Source of the DNA: Bacteroidia bacterium
Lineage (GTDB): Bacteria; Bacteroidota; Bacteroidia; AKYH767-A; JBBKVM01
DNA: 64,000 nucleotides
Assembly (NCBI GenBank): GCA_037968415.1
Contig: JBBKVM010000078.1
Span: 4,358 to 68,357 of the forward strand
Reading direction: 5' to 3'
The notes under the pieces were generated by a model. It saw only the letters and a program-made list of their open reading frames with translations, was not told where the DNA came from and searched no databases. Positions 27,649-37,680 of this stretch are shown here, piece by piece. The number at the start of each line of letters is the position of its first letter. Within the stretch, counting starts at the first letter, position 1. A program made the position numbers and the translations under genes.

Positions 27649-27679
27649 AAAAAAACCCCCCAGGTTTTAACCTGGGGGG
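27649..27679 (-). terminator. Minus-oriented intrinsic terminator with no annotated minus-strand gene upstream
   Basis: Plus strand reads A7-CCCCCCAGGTT-TT-AACCTGGGGGG; the U tract exists only on the minus strand. Confidence 0.6.
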
Positions 27680-27801
27680 CTCCCATGAAATAAACTTTAA
27701 ATTAGCTTACAAGGGTTTATTACGGAACATTCGTCATAGGGTTTCATTTTCAGTAAAAAAACATTTGACAGCTTTATCTAGGGCCTTAATTTAACTAGCA
27801 A

Positions 27802-27830
27802 TTGGGTTACTTAGTTATTAGCTAAATTTG
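27802..27830 (+). promoter_or_regulatory. Promoter for pheT (TTG-N18-TAAATTTG)
   Basis: TAAATTTG at 27823-27830 with TTG at 27802-27804; ATG 19 nt downstream. Confidence 0.6.
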
Positions 27831-27849
27831 CGATCGATAAATTATTGCT

Positions 27850-30276
27850 ATGAAAATTTCTTACAACTGGTTGTTGCAGTATATTAAAACCGATGTGGTT
27901 TTGAATCCTGAATTGGTGGCAGAAATGCTTACCAATTGTGGCTTAGAAGTGGAAGCTACAACCACTTATGAATCTGTGGAAGGCGGTTTGCAAGGGCTGG
28001 TTGTGGGTGAAGTAAAAACCAAAGGCAAGCATCCGAATGCTGACAAGCTTTCGGTTACTACGGTGGAAGTTGGAAATGGAAGGTTGTTGAAGATTGTGTG
28101 TGGCGCGGCCAATGTGGAAGCAGGACAAAGAGTAATAGTGGCTTTGCCCGGTGCTACTTTGTATCCAATTAGTGGTGATTCATTTACAATAAAGGAAACC
28201 AAAATAAGAGGGGAAGAATCATGCGGGATGATTTGTGCCGAGGACGAGATAGGCATGGGCACTTCTCATGACGGCATCATGGTGCTTCCAGAAAACACTG
28301 TTGTTGGCACACCGGCTGCGGAGTATTTTCACATTTACAAGGATCATGTTTTCGAGATTGGACTTACGCCTAACCGTGCTGATGCCATTTCGCACATAGG
28401 CGTAGCGCGTGATTTGGCCACCATTCTCAGTCTGCAATCAAATGCAGCTTTAGTGATGCCGGCAACGGATGAGTTTAAAACTGGTAATGGAGCACCATCT
28501 TTCCCGGTAGAACTGGCCGACTCCCTAGCTTGTCCACGCTATACAGGGCTTAACATCACAGGCGTGCGTGTGGGCGCATCGCCAGCGTGGCTGCGCGATA
28601 AACTGACCGCTATAGGCTTGAAGTCAATCAATAATATAGTAGACATTAGTAACTATGTGATGCACGAAACAGGGCAACCGCTTCACATTTTTGATGCTGA
28701 TGCAATTACTGGAAATAAAGTAATTGTAAAAACGCAAAAGTCGGGAACCGAATTTGCCACGCTGGATGGTGTAGTTCGCAAACTCGCAGCTACCGATTTG
28801 ATGATATGCAATGAGCGTGAGGCAATGTGTATAGCCGGGGTATTTGGCGGTGCTTCTTCAGGTGTATCTGCAGCCACTGTGAATATTTTTATCGAGAGCG
28901 CATGCTTCTCGCAAGCAACCATACGAAAAACCAGCAAGCACCATGGTTTGAAAACGGATGCTTCGTTTCGTTTTGAGCGAGGTACTGATCCGGACGCAAC
29001 GCTATATGCCATTAAGCGCGCTGCATTGCTGTTAGTGGAAGTGGCCGGAGGAGAAATTGCTTCAGCAATTACCGATGTGTATCCATCGCCTGCGACCCGG
29101 GCCGAAGTAAACTATCACTACGCAACTGCAGCAAATCTTGCGGGAGTTGAGGTGAGCAAAGACATCACCCGAAAGATATTTGAAGGACTCGGCATCGAAA
29201 TAAGAAGTGAGAGCGGAGAAGGAATGGTGGTTTCAGTGCCCGGATCAAAAGTGGATGTAACACGCGAGGTGGACCTGGTGGAGGAAATATTGCGAGTGTA
29301 TGGTTACAACAATATTCCCGAGCCGGCAAAATTTAGTTTCTCTCCTCAGATCGCTCAAGTGGGTGTGAGCGAAGGTTTGCGAAATGGAATGGCGCAACAG
29401 CTTGCTGCGTTGGGTTTTGTGGAGATGATGTCAAATTCATTGACGCGTTCCTCTCATTATGGAGAAGATCCATCTGTAGTAAGTATTTTAAATCCATTGA
29501 GCAATGAACTTGATGTGCTGAGAAAAGATTTATTCTGGTCGGGTATGGAAGTGGTGGCCTATAACACCAATAGACAATCGGCTGATTTGAAATTATTTGA
29601 ATTTGGGAGTGGATATTTGAAACAACCAAAAGGAGGATATGCCGAGCCCAGGTATTTGTCTTTATTTGTTGCTGGCAAACGCTCGCCACAGTCGTGGATG
29701 AAGCGCGATGAAAAAGTTTCTTTTTATTACTTCAAAGCAGTGCTAGTGCAGTTGTTGGCCAAAGCAGGAGTAAAATCGAAAGTTACTTTTGAAAGCCTGG
29801 AAGACCATGCTTATTTGGCAGAAGGGCTTACTGCATACTCCGAGAAAAAACCACTGGCTAACATCGGATTGGTCAAGAGTAATTGTTTGAAGAAAGCTGA
29901 CATAAAGCACGAAGTTTATTTCGCTGAAGTGAACTGGGATGTAATGAGTACCGCACACAACCTGGAGACGGTTGTTTTCACCGAAATACCAAAATACCCA
30001 TCGGTGAGGCGTGACCTCTCGCTGGTGATTGATAAAAAAATCGGATTTGAAAAAATTAAATCAACCGCGCGGGTAGCTATATCAACGCAACTGAAAGAAG
30101 TAAATTTGTTTGATGTGTTTGAGGATGAAAAACTAGGCAAGGACAAAATATGCCTGGCCGTGAGTTTTGTTTTTCGAGATGATAACAAAACCCTTACTGA
30201 CAAGGGCATTGACAGTATGATGCAACGCATCATCAAGGCTATAGAGTTAGCCACCGGAGCCACTTTACGCCAATAA
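27850..30276 (+). CDS. pheT: Phenylalanine--tRNA ligase beta subunit
   Basis: MKISYNWL, HPNADKL, IVCGAAN, IRGEESCGMICA, LTPNRAD, INNIVDI, RFERG, DLVEEI and FDX-ACB domain (RRDLSL). Confidence 0.95.
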   Translation: MKISYNWLLQYIKTDVVLNPELVAEMLTNCGLEVEATTTYESVEGGLQGLVVGEVKTKGKHPNADKLSVTTVEVGNGRLLKIVCGAANVEAGQRVIVALPGATLYPISGDSFTIKETKIRGEESCGMICAEDEIGMGTSHDGIMVLPENTVVGTPAAEYFHIYKDHVFEIGLTPNRADAISHIGVARDLATILSLQSNAALVMPATDEFKTGNGAPSFPVELADSLACPRYTGLNITGVRVGASPAWLRDKLTAIGLKSINNIVDISNYVMHETGQPLHIFDADAITGNKVIVKTQKSGTEFATLDGVVRKLAATDLMICNEREAMCIAGVFGGASSGVSAATVNIFIESACFSQATIRKTSKHHGLKTDASFRFERGTDPDATLYAIKRAALLLVEVAGGEIASAITDVYPSPATRAEVNYHYATAANLAGVEVSKDITRKIFEGLGIEIRSESGEGMVVSVPGSKVDVTREVDLVEEILRVYGYNNIPEPAKFSFSPQIAQVGVSEGLRNGMAQQLAALGFVEMMSNSLTRSSHYGEDPSVVSILNPLSNELDVLRKDLFWSGMEVVAYNTNRQSADLKLFEFGSGYLKQPKGGYAEPRYLSLFVAGKRSPQSWMKRDEKVSFYYFKAVLVQLLAKAGVKSKVTFESLEDHAYLAEGLTAYSEKKPLANIGLVKSNCLKKADIKHEVYFAEVNWDVMSTAHNLETVVFTEIPKYPSVRRDLSLVIDKKIGFEKIKSTARVAISTQLKEVNLFDVFEDEKLGKDKICLAVSFVFRDDNKTLTDKGIDSMMQRIIKAIELATGATLRQ

Positions 30277-30431
30277 CACTGCCTCTCGTTTTATGCTACC
30301 TTTTATTCTGTTAGCTAATACATGGCTCAAGTCCGTATAGTCGACTATTTTTTGGTGGCCTGTATTTCAGAGCCTGATTGATTTTTTGTAAATTGCCATT
30401 CTATTTCAAAATACTTAAATCACTACCAACT

Positions 30432-32705
30432 ATGGCTTTTGACATCGACATGATAATAGGGTATTACAACGATTTGCCCTCGCGTATTGCAGCCGCTCGA
30501 AAACTGCTGGGCCGGCCAATGACCCTCACCGATAAAATTTTATACGCACATCTTCACAACCCTGCTCAGTCAGAGGAATTTAAGCGTGGGGATGCTTATG
30601 TCGATTTCGCACCCGACCGTGTGGGCATGCAGGACGCCACTGCGCAAATGGCTTTGCTTCAATTTATGCAAGCAGGTCGTGATAAAGTGGCAGTGCCCAG
30701 CACGGTGCATTGCGATCACCTTATACAAGCCAAAGTTGGCGCTACAGCCGATCTGGCGCGTGCCAAAGACCAAAACAAGGAAGTGTATGATTTCCTTGCT
30801 TCGGTGTCAGATAAATATGGCATCGGGTTTTGGAAACCGGGTGCGGGTATCATCCATCAAGTGATATTGGAGAACTATGCTTTTCCGGGTGGTATGATGA
30901 TAGGTACAGACTCACATACAGTAAACGCAGGTGGTCTGGGCATGGTTGCCATTGGAGTGGGTGGAGCCGATGCGAGTGATGTGATGGCAGGATTGCCATG
31001 GGAACTAAAGTTTCCAAAACAGATTGGCGTGAAACTTACAGGCAATCTTAATGGATGGACTTCATCTAAAGACGTAATATTAAAAGTAGCAGGCATCCTC
31101 ACCGTGAAAGGTGGAACCGGTGCCATCCTCGAATATTTTGGTCCGGGTGCCAACAGTTTATCATGCACAGGCAAAGGAACTATTTGCAACATGGGTGCTG
31201 AGATTGGTGCCACTACTTCCGTGTTTGGATATGACAAACGAATGGCCGATTATCTTAAAGCTACCGAGCGCGCAGACATAGCGCAAGCCGCTGACGCCAT
31301 TGCCGAACATCTTGATGGCGATGCTGAAGTGTATGCAAATCCTGAGAAATATTTTGATCAGGTAATTGAAATCAACCTGAGCGAGTTGGAGCCTCATGTA
31401 AATGGTCCGTTCACTCCTGATTTGGCATGGCCACTTTCGAAATTTGCAGCAGCTGTGCGCACCAATAACTATCCGGCTCGACTTGAAGTAGGTTTGATAG
31501 GCAGTTGTACCAATTCTTCGTACGAAGATATTACCCGTGCAGCATCTATCGCGCAGCAAGCCATTGACAAAAAACTGATAACCAAATCGGAGTTTACAAT
31601 CACTCCCGGTTCGGAGCAAGTACGGTATACAGTTGACCGCGATGGGTACCTGAAGATATTTGAATCAATGGGCGGGGTGGTGTTGGCCAACGCTTGCGGC
31701 CCATGCATAGGCCAGTGGGCGCGCCATAGCAGCGACCCTGAAAGAAAGAATTCAATTATCACTTCATTCAACAGAAATTTTGCAAAAAGAAATGATGGCA
31801 ATCCAAATACACACGCTTTTGTGGCTTCGCCCGAAATTGTGACAGCATTTGCCATTGCCGGAGATTTAACGTTCAATCCCATTACTGATACGCTCATCAA
31901 TTCAGATGGCGAAAAAGTAAAATTGGATGAGCCAAAAGGAATTGAGTTGCCGGTAAAAGGATTTGCCGTTGAAGATGCCGGCTACCAAGAGCCAGCTAAA
32001 GACGGAAGCAAAGTGAAAGTAGTGGTGGATCCTAAGTCTGAACGATTGCAGCTGCTCACCCCATTCAAAGAGTGGGAAGGCACCGACCTCAAAGATTTAC
32101 GATTGCTTATTAAGGCAAAAGGAAAATGTACGACTGACCATATCTCTATGGCTGGTCCATGGTTGAAGTTTCGTGGGCATCTCGATAACATCAGTAATAA
32201 CATGTTGATTGGCGCATTGAATTTCGCCAATGACAAAACCGATAGTGTAAAAAACCAACTTACCGGTGCATACGAAGCAGTACCCACAGCACAGCGTGCA
32301 TATAAGGCTGCTGGCATTGGCACAGTGGTGGTAGGCGATGAAAACTATGGTGAAGGTTCTTCTCGTGAGCACGCAGCTATGGAGCCACGCTTTTTAGGTG
32401 TGCGAGCTGTGCTTGTCAAATCATTTGCCCGCATTCACGAAACCAATTTGAAAAAGCAAGGAATGCTTGGACTCACTTTTGCAGATAAAGCAGATTACGA
32501 CAAGATTCAGGAAGACGATATGATCGATATCCTGGGGCTTACCACTTTTGCTGAAGGCACACCATTGACAATGGTATTCCATCATGCCGATGGTACCAAA
32601 GACGAGATCAAAGTGAATCACACCTATAATCAGCAGCAGATAGAGTGGTTCAAAGCAGGCTCGGCCCTCAACGTGATAAAGCGTGAACTTGGCGCCAACG
32701 CCTAA
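30432..32705 (+). CDS. acnA: Aconitate hydratase (mitochondrial-type, typical of Bacteroidota)
   Basis: [52 protein letters not shown] and [10 protein letters not shown]; start ATG 30432. Confidence 0.93.
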   Translation: MAFDIDMIIGYYNDLPSRIAAARKLLGRPMTLTDKILYAHLHNPAQSEEFKRGDAYVDFAPDRVGMQDATAQMALLQFMQAGRDKVAVPSTVHCDHLIQAKVGATADLARAKDQNKEVYDFLASVSDKYGIGFWKPGAGIIHQVILENYAFPGGMMIGTDSHTVNAGGLGMVAIGVGGADASDVMAGLPWELKFPKQIGVKLTGNLNGWTSSKDVILKVAGILTVKGGTGAILEYFGPGANSLSCTGKGTICNMGAEIGATTSVFGYDKRMADYLKATERADIAQAADAIAEHLDGDAEVYANPEKYFDQVIEINLSELEPHVNGPFTPDLAWPLSKFAAAVRTNNYPARLEVGLIGSCTNSSYEDITRAASIAQQAIDKKLITKSEFTITPGSEQVRYTVDRDGYLKIFESMGGVVLANACGPCIGQWARHSSDPERKNSIITSFNRNFAKRNDGNPNTHAFVASPEIVTAFAIAGDLTFNPITDTLINSDGEKVKLDEPKGIELPVKGFAVEDAGYQEPAKDGSKVKVVVDPKSERLQLLTPFKEWEGTDLKDLRLLIKAKGKCTTDHISMAGPWLKFRGHLDNISNNMLIGALNFANDKTDSVKNQLTGAYEAVPTAQRAYKAAGIGTVVVGDENYGEGSSREHAAMEPRFLGVRAVLVKSFARIHETNLKKQGMLGLTFADKADYDKIQEDDMIDILGLTTFAEGTPLTMVFHHADGTKDEIKVNHTYNQQQIEWFKAGSALNVIKRELGANA

Positions 32706-32728
32706 TCAAATAGTCTAAAAAATTATTT

Positions 32729-32762
32729 CAACCACCTCCATCCGGGGTGGTTGTTTTTTTTG
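32729..32762 (+). terminator. Intrinsic terminator after aconitase
   Basis: CAACCACC...GGTGGTTG stem followed by T8. Confidence 0.75.
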
Positions 32763-32799
32763 GAAGAGTATGCTTACTTTCGGATGCATATAATTGACA

Positions 32800-34173
32800 A
32801 TGGAAAAGAACAACCGAAAAACAATCAGGGCGTGGGCAATGTACGATTGGGCTAACTCGGCTTATTCGCTGGTCATAGTGTCGGCCATTTTTCCAATCTA
32901 TTTCGAAAAAGTGACATCGGCAGGCGGTAGTGAAATGGTTTCATTTCTTGGTATGCAGTTTGTCAATTCAGCACTGTTTTCTTACCTAATTTCATTTGCG
33001 TTTCTCATCATTGCAATCGTCTCGCCTATGTTGAGTGGCATCGCTGATTATGGAGGATATAAGAAAAGATTCATGCAGATGTTTTGTTACTTGGGAAGTA
33101 TCTCGTGTGCTGCTTTGTTTTTTTTTCAATCAGTTGACGACCTGCTATATGGAGCTATATTTTTTGTATTGGCGAGCGTAGGATTTGCGGGTAGCATCGT
33201 TTTCTACAATTCATTTTTGCCGGAGATAGCAGAACCTAAAGACCATGACAGAATCAGTGCGCGAGGGTTTGCAATGGGCTACATTGGCAGCTCATTGTTG
33301 CTGATATTTAACTTACTGATGATCATGATGCCCCAATTGTTTTTTGATGTATCGGGTTATGCACAAGAGTTAGTTTCTCTTAATCCGGAATTGAGTTTAG
33401 AAACGGCTAATGAGCAGGCCACCTCACATTATGCCGGATTTTCAACTAAAATTTCTTTTGTGCTGGTGGGTGTATGGTGGGCCGGTTTTGCACAGATAAC
33501 GTTTGCTGCATTGCCCACAAATATTCATAACCGAAAAAGTGAAGGCAACATTTTCTTAAAAGGATATCGGGAGCTGATGAAAGTGTGGGAACAACTAAAT
33601 GATACACCTCGATTGAAAATTTACCTGGCAGCATTTTTTTTCTCGAGCATGGGTGTGCAAACAGTGATGTATGTTGCCACTTTGTTTGGCGTCAAAGAAT
33701 TATCGATGGAGACATCCGAGTTGATCATCACCTTGTTACTCATACAGTTTGTGGCCATTGGTGGAGCCTTTTTGTTTTCGTGGTTGTCATCAAAGTTTGG
33801 CAATGTACGAGCGCTCATCATTGCTAACGTTGTGTGGATTTGTATTTGTATTGGGGCCTACTTTGTCACCGAGACCAATAGTTTTTACATGTTGGCATTT
33901 GTGGTAGGAATGGTGATGGGCGGCATCCAATCACTTTCACGTTCTACATACTCCAAGTTGTTGCCGAAGACAACGGATCACGCCAGTTACTTTAGTTTTT
34001 ATGATGTGTGCGAGCGCGTGGGAGTGGTGTTAGGCACTTTGATGTATGGCATGATAGAAGAGTCCACTGGCAGCATGCGGAATTCAGTTATTGCACTCGT
34101 ATCGTTTTTTGTGGTGGGTGTAATTCTGCTGTTCTTTATGCCAGCGCGCAAAGGCCATTTGGCAGCTGCCTAA
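32800..34173 (+). CDS. MFS transporter, UMF1/Atg22-like family
   Basis: AWAMYDWANSAY, SGIADY, FYNSFLPEIA, ISARGFAMGYIG, QSLSRSTYS and YFSFYD motifs. Confidence 0.88.
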   Translation: MEKNNRKTIRAWAMYDWANSAYSLVIVSAIFPIYFEKVTSAGGSEMVSFLGMQFVNSALFSYLISFAFLIIAIVSPMLSGIADYGGYKKRFMQMFCYLGSISCAALFFFQSVDDLLYGAIFFVLASVGFAGSIVFYNSFLPEIAEPKDHDRISARGFAMGYIGSSLLLIFNLLMIMMPQLFFDVSGYAQELVSLNPELSLETANEQATSHYAGFSTKISFVLVGVWWAGFAQITFAALPTNIHNRKSEGNIFLKGYRELMKVWEQLNDTPRLKIYLAAFFFSSMGVQTVMYVATLFGVKELSMETSELIITLLLIQFVAIGGAFLFSWLSSKFGNVRALIIANVVWICICIGAYFVTETNSFYMLAFVVGMVMGGIQSLSRSTYSKLLPKTTDHASYFSFYDVCERVGVVLGTLMYGMIEESTGSMRNSVIALVSFFVVGVILLFFMPARKGHLAAA

Positions 34174-34229
34174 TTTGGGTAAATGCGTTACATTTGCTTC
34201 TCATTATTTTAACCTGAATTGCACGGCTT

Positions 34230-34949
34230 ATGCTCGTTGATGTATTTATCCCATGTTATATGGATCAGATTTATCCCGAAACTGCGGAGAATATGATCAA
34301 AGTATTGGAGAAAGCAGGATGCAAGGTAAATTACAACCCTGAACAAACATGCTGTGGCCAGCCCGCTTTCAATGCAGGGTATTGGGATCATTGCAAGGAA
34401 GTAGGCGAAAAGTTTATCCGTGAATTTTCAAATGACAGGTATGTGATAATTCCGTCCGCTTCGTGTACCGGAATGGTGCGAAATTATTACCCCGAGATGT
34501 TTCACAATTCAGTGTTACACAATGAATACAAACAACTCCGCAAGAATACAATTGAGTTCACCGATTTTATGGTGAATGTATTGAAAGTTACGAATGTGGG
34601 TGCTGTGATGGCGGGCACAGCTGCATTTATGGACTCCTGCAGTGGCCTTCGCGAATGCAAAATAAAAGATACCCCACGCGCGCTTCTTAGCGAAGTCAAG
34701 GGCCTCGACTGGGTTGAGTTGAGTGATGGGGAAACGTGTTGCGGTTTTGGAGGCACCTTTGCGGTTAAGTACGAACCCATTTCTGTGGGTATGGCACAAC
34801 AAAAAGTTGAAGATGCTATGGCCACCGGTGCGGATTATTTGGTCTCAACAGATATATCTTGTCTCATGCATTTGGAGGGATATATACGCAAACAAGGATT
34901 AAGGTTGCGCACTATGCATGTGGCTGATGTGCTGGCAGCCGGCTGGTAA
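34230..34949 (+). CDS. (Fe-S)-binding CCG-domain protein, LutA/YkgE-like
   Basis: FIPCYMDQ, QTCCGQPAFNAG, SASCTGM, CCGFGGTF and DISCLMH; two CCG repeats. Confidence 0.85.
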   Translation: MLVDVFIPCYMDQIYPETAENMIKVLEKAGCKVNYNPEQTCCGQPAFNAGYWDHCKEVGEKFIREFSNDRYVIIPSASCTGMVRNYYPEMFHNSVLHNEYKQLRKNTIEFTDFMVNVLKVTNVGAVMAGTAAFMDSCSGLRECKIKDTPRALLSEVKGLDWVELSDGETCCGFGGTFAVKYEPISVGMAQQKVEDAMATGADYLVSTDISCLMHLEGYIRKQGLRLRTMHVADVLAAGW

Positions 34950-34977
34950 TCGCTAAATATTTTTACAATTAGATTGA

Positions 34978-36798
34978 ATGGATAGTTTTTTTTGGATAGC
35001 AAAATATGTAAGGAAATATTGGCGATATGCAGCCCTCAATATATTTTTCAATTTGTTGGCAGTGCTATTTTCTGTTGTTTCCATCACATTGGTCATACCT
35101 TTTTTAGGCTTGCTATTCGGCACGCAGGAGATGGTGACAGAACAACCTCAATTCCAGGCTAACATTGAGTCTGTTGTGAATGTATTCTACTATACTTTTT
35201 CTTCAGTTATTATTGAATACGGAAAAACCAAAGCACTGATGTTTATCTGTGGACTAGTGGCATTGTTGTTTTTATTGAAGAACTTGTTCATGTACCTGGG
35301 AATGTATTTTGTAGCACCTGTTAGACTAGGCGTGGTGCAGGATATTCGCAACCAGCTGTTTGATAAGACTATTGCTTTGCCATTGTCCTATTTTTCGGAA
35401 GAACGAAAAGGCGACATCATAGCACGTATGACCAATGACGTGCAAGAGGTTGAGTGGGCCATACTCACTTCGCTCGAAGCACTGTTTCGTGAACCGTTGA
35501 GTGTTGCATTTTTTCTGGCCACATTATTTTTCATGAATGCGCAGTTTACTCTTATCATTTTGGTGTTGCTGCCAATTACAGGATTATTGATAGGTCGAAT
35601 AGGTAAGAGTTTGAAGAAAACATCAGAAGAAGGCCAATTGAAAATGGGTTTGTTGCTTTCAATGATAGAGGAAAGCTTGACCGGATTACGAATTATCAAA
35701 GCCTTTACCGCGCGGGTTTTTATGAACAATAGTTTTAACCAAGCCAACCAGGATTACAGTACACTTATGATAAAAATGTATCGTAAACGCGATCTGGCAT
35801 CACCCATGAGTGAGTTGATGGGTGTGTTGGTACTTGTCATATTGATGTGGCTGGGAGGGCGGATGGTATTGAATGATGTGAACTCTATGAATCCAGCGGT
35901 GTTCATTGGGTTCATTGCGGTCTTTTCACAATTGATTCGGCCGGCAAAAGCGTTTACATCTGCCTATTACAATGTTCAGAAAGGAATAGCCTCTGCCGAT
36001 CGTATTCGTTATATACTTGACGCACCCATTACTATAAAAGATATGCCGGACGCTGTGGCCAAGCCCTCGTTCGAAAAGGAAATAAAGTTTGACAATGTAG
36101 ACTTTGCATATGGTGATCAGCCGGTATTAAAACAAATTAACCTTGTGATTGGCAAGGGTAAAATGGTAGCTCTTGTGGGCGCTTCAGGCGCAGGCAAGTC
36201 TACCGTGGCTGATTTGTTGGGACGATTTTATGACAGTCCGGATGAGAACATATTGATTGACGGAATTCCTGTGAAGCGAATTAAACTCAATGACCTTCGC
36301 AAACTTATGGGCATAGTTTCACAGGAAACAATCTTATTCAACGACACGGTTTTTAACAATATCGCATTTGGCAATAGCGCTGCCACCGCACAGCAAGTAG
36401 AAGAGGCAGCTCGCCTCGCCAACGCACACGAATTCATTGAGAAGATGCCAGGTGGATATCAAACCAACATAGGCGACCGCGGGGGTAAACTTTCAGGTGG
36501 GCAAAGGCAGCGCCTCAGCATTGCGCGTGCTTTGTTAAAGAATCCGCCCATACTTATTCTGGATGAAGCCACCTCGGCTCTCGATACTGAATCGGAGCGG
36601 TTGGTGCAGGACGCTATTCAAAATTTGATGAAGAATCGCACCTCGTTGGTGATAGCCCACCGCCTATCGACAGTACAGTTTGCAGATGAAATAATTGTGA
36701 TGCAGCAGGGAAAGATAATTGAGCGGGGGCGGCATGAAGAATTGCTTGCGCTCAAAGGTGTGTACAGAAAACTGTACGATCTTCAATCATTTGTCTGA
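34978..36798 (+). CDS. ABC transporter permease/ATPase, MsbA-like exporter
   Basis: Six-TM N-terminal domain; GASGAGKS, LSGGQRQR, ILDEATSALD and IAHRLST. Confidence 0.92.
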   Translation: MDSFFWIAKYVRKYWRYAALNIFFNLLAVLFSVVSITLVIPFLGLLFGTQEMVTEQPQFQANIESVVNVFYYTFSSVIIEYGKTKALMFICGLVALLFLLKNLFMYLGMYFVAPVRLGVVQDIRNQLFDKTIALPLSYFSEERKGDIIARMTNDVQEVEWAILTSLEALFREPLSVAFFLATLFFMNAQFTLIILVLLPITGLLIGRIGKSLKKTSEEGQLKMGLLLSMIEESLTGLRIIKAFTARVFMNNSFNQANQDYSTLMIKMYRKRDLASPMSELMGVLVLVILMWLGGRMVLNDVNSMNPAVFIGFIAVFSQLIRPAKAFTSAYYNVQKGIASADRIRYILDAPITIKDMPDAVAKPSFEKEIKFDNVDFAYGDQPVLKQINLVIGKGKMVALVGASGAGKSTVADLLGRFYDSPDENILIDGIPVKRIKLNDLRKLMGIVSQETILFNDTVFNNIAFGNSAATAQQVEEAARLANAHEFIEKMPGGYQTNIGDRGGKLSGGQRQRLSIARALLKNPPILILDEATSALDTESERLVQDAIQNLMKNRTSLVIAHRLSTVQFADEIIVMQQGKIIERGRHEELLALKGVYRKLYDLQSFV

Positions 36799-37668
36799 TC
36801 TTATTTCGCGATAGTTTTTATACTCCCCCAACCGCCATCCGGTAAATGCTTCAATCAAATGTAGCATGCGATTTTTAATATTCAGGTTCTTCTTTGTAGG
36901 ATCGAAATCAAACTTCCAGTTTTGTGTTTCAACGCGCGCTTGCATTACAACAGGATGCGTACCTTCAAAATGTTTCAGCGAATCTATTTGTGAATAATCA
37001 AATTCTGATTCATTGCCTATATGACTTTGCACCCAATTGTCATCGTGCCAGTATTTGTTAAACGATTGTTGTTTGGCTTGCTGCATTGACGGATGTTTAA
37101 CCCATCCGTAGTGATATATGCATGCGTTTGCCCTACGCACAGTCAACAGTTGCCCATCCATTCGAAACCCTTGCGCATCGCGAAACGAACGCATACCTTT
37201 TTTGTTCCTAATAATGCGCACTTCGCTGCGATACCATTTACGCGAATTGCCCACAAAATCGTACGACCCGTAAAAATGCAGATAGTCGAAAAGCAATCCG
37301 TCTACGGCTGGGTCATTGACATTTGCCGACATTGACTCTCGCACACTATCATGATATTTTTCGTGCAGCACCTCATCTCCCTGAATATAAAAACACCAGT
37401 CGCTGTCTTCATCAATCGCATCCAATGCTTTGTTGGTTTCTTCGGCCAGCACCTTGCCTCCACTGCGCTTGGCATCGTCCCACACCGTGTCCACTATTTT
37501 TATTTTTTGCGGATCGATTGACTCAATTAATTTTCGTGTGTTGTCATTAGAGCTTCCCACGGCCACCACAAAATTATCACACAGCGGTAATATCGATTTG
37601 ATGGCTTCTATTACAGGGTAGTCGTACAGTTCAGCGTTGCGAATAAATGTAAATCCGGTAACTTTCAT
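36787..37668 (-). CDS. Glycosyltransferase family 2-like protein
   Basis: MKVTGFTFIRNA, AVGSSND, YIQGDE (DxD-like) and YHYGWVK, typical of a Bacteroidota GT2 group. Confidence 0.8.
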   Translation of the reverse strand: MKVTGFTFIRNAELYDYPVIEAIKSILPLCDNFVVAVGSSNDNTRKLIESIDPQKIKIVDTVWDDAKRSGGKVLAEETNKALDAIDEDSDWCFYIQGDEVLHEKYHDSVRESMSANVNDPAVDGLLFDYLHFYGSYDFVGNSRKWYRSEVRIIRNKKGMRSFRDAQGFRMDGQLLTVRRANACIYHYGWVKHPSMQQAKQQSFNKYWHDDNWVQSHIGNESEFDYSQIDSLKHFEGTHPVVMQARVETQNWKFDFDPTKKNLNIKNRMLHLIEAFTGWRLGEYKNYREIRSDK

Positions 37669-37680
37669 GCAAACGTTTAA

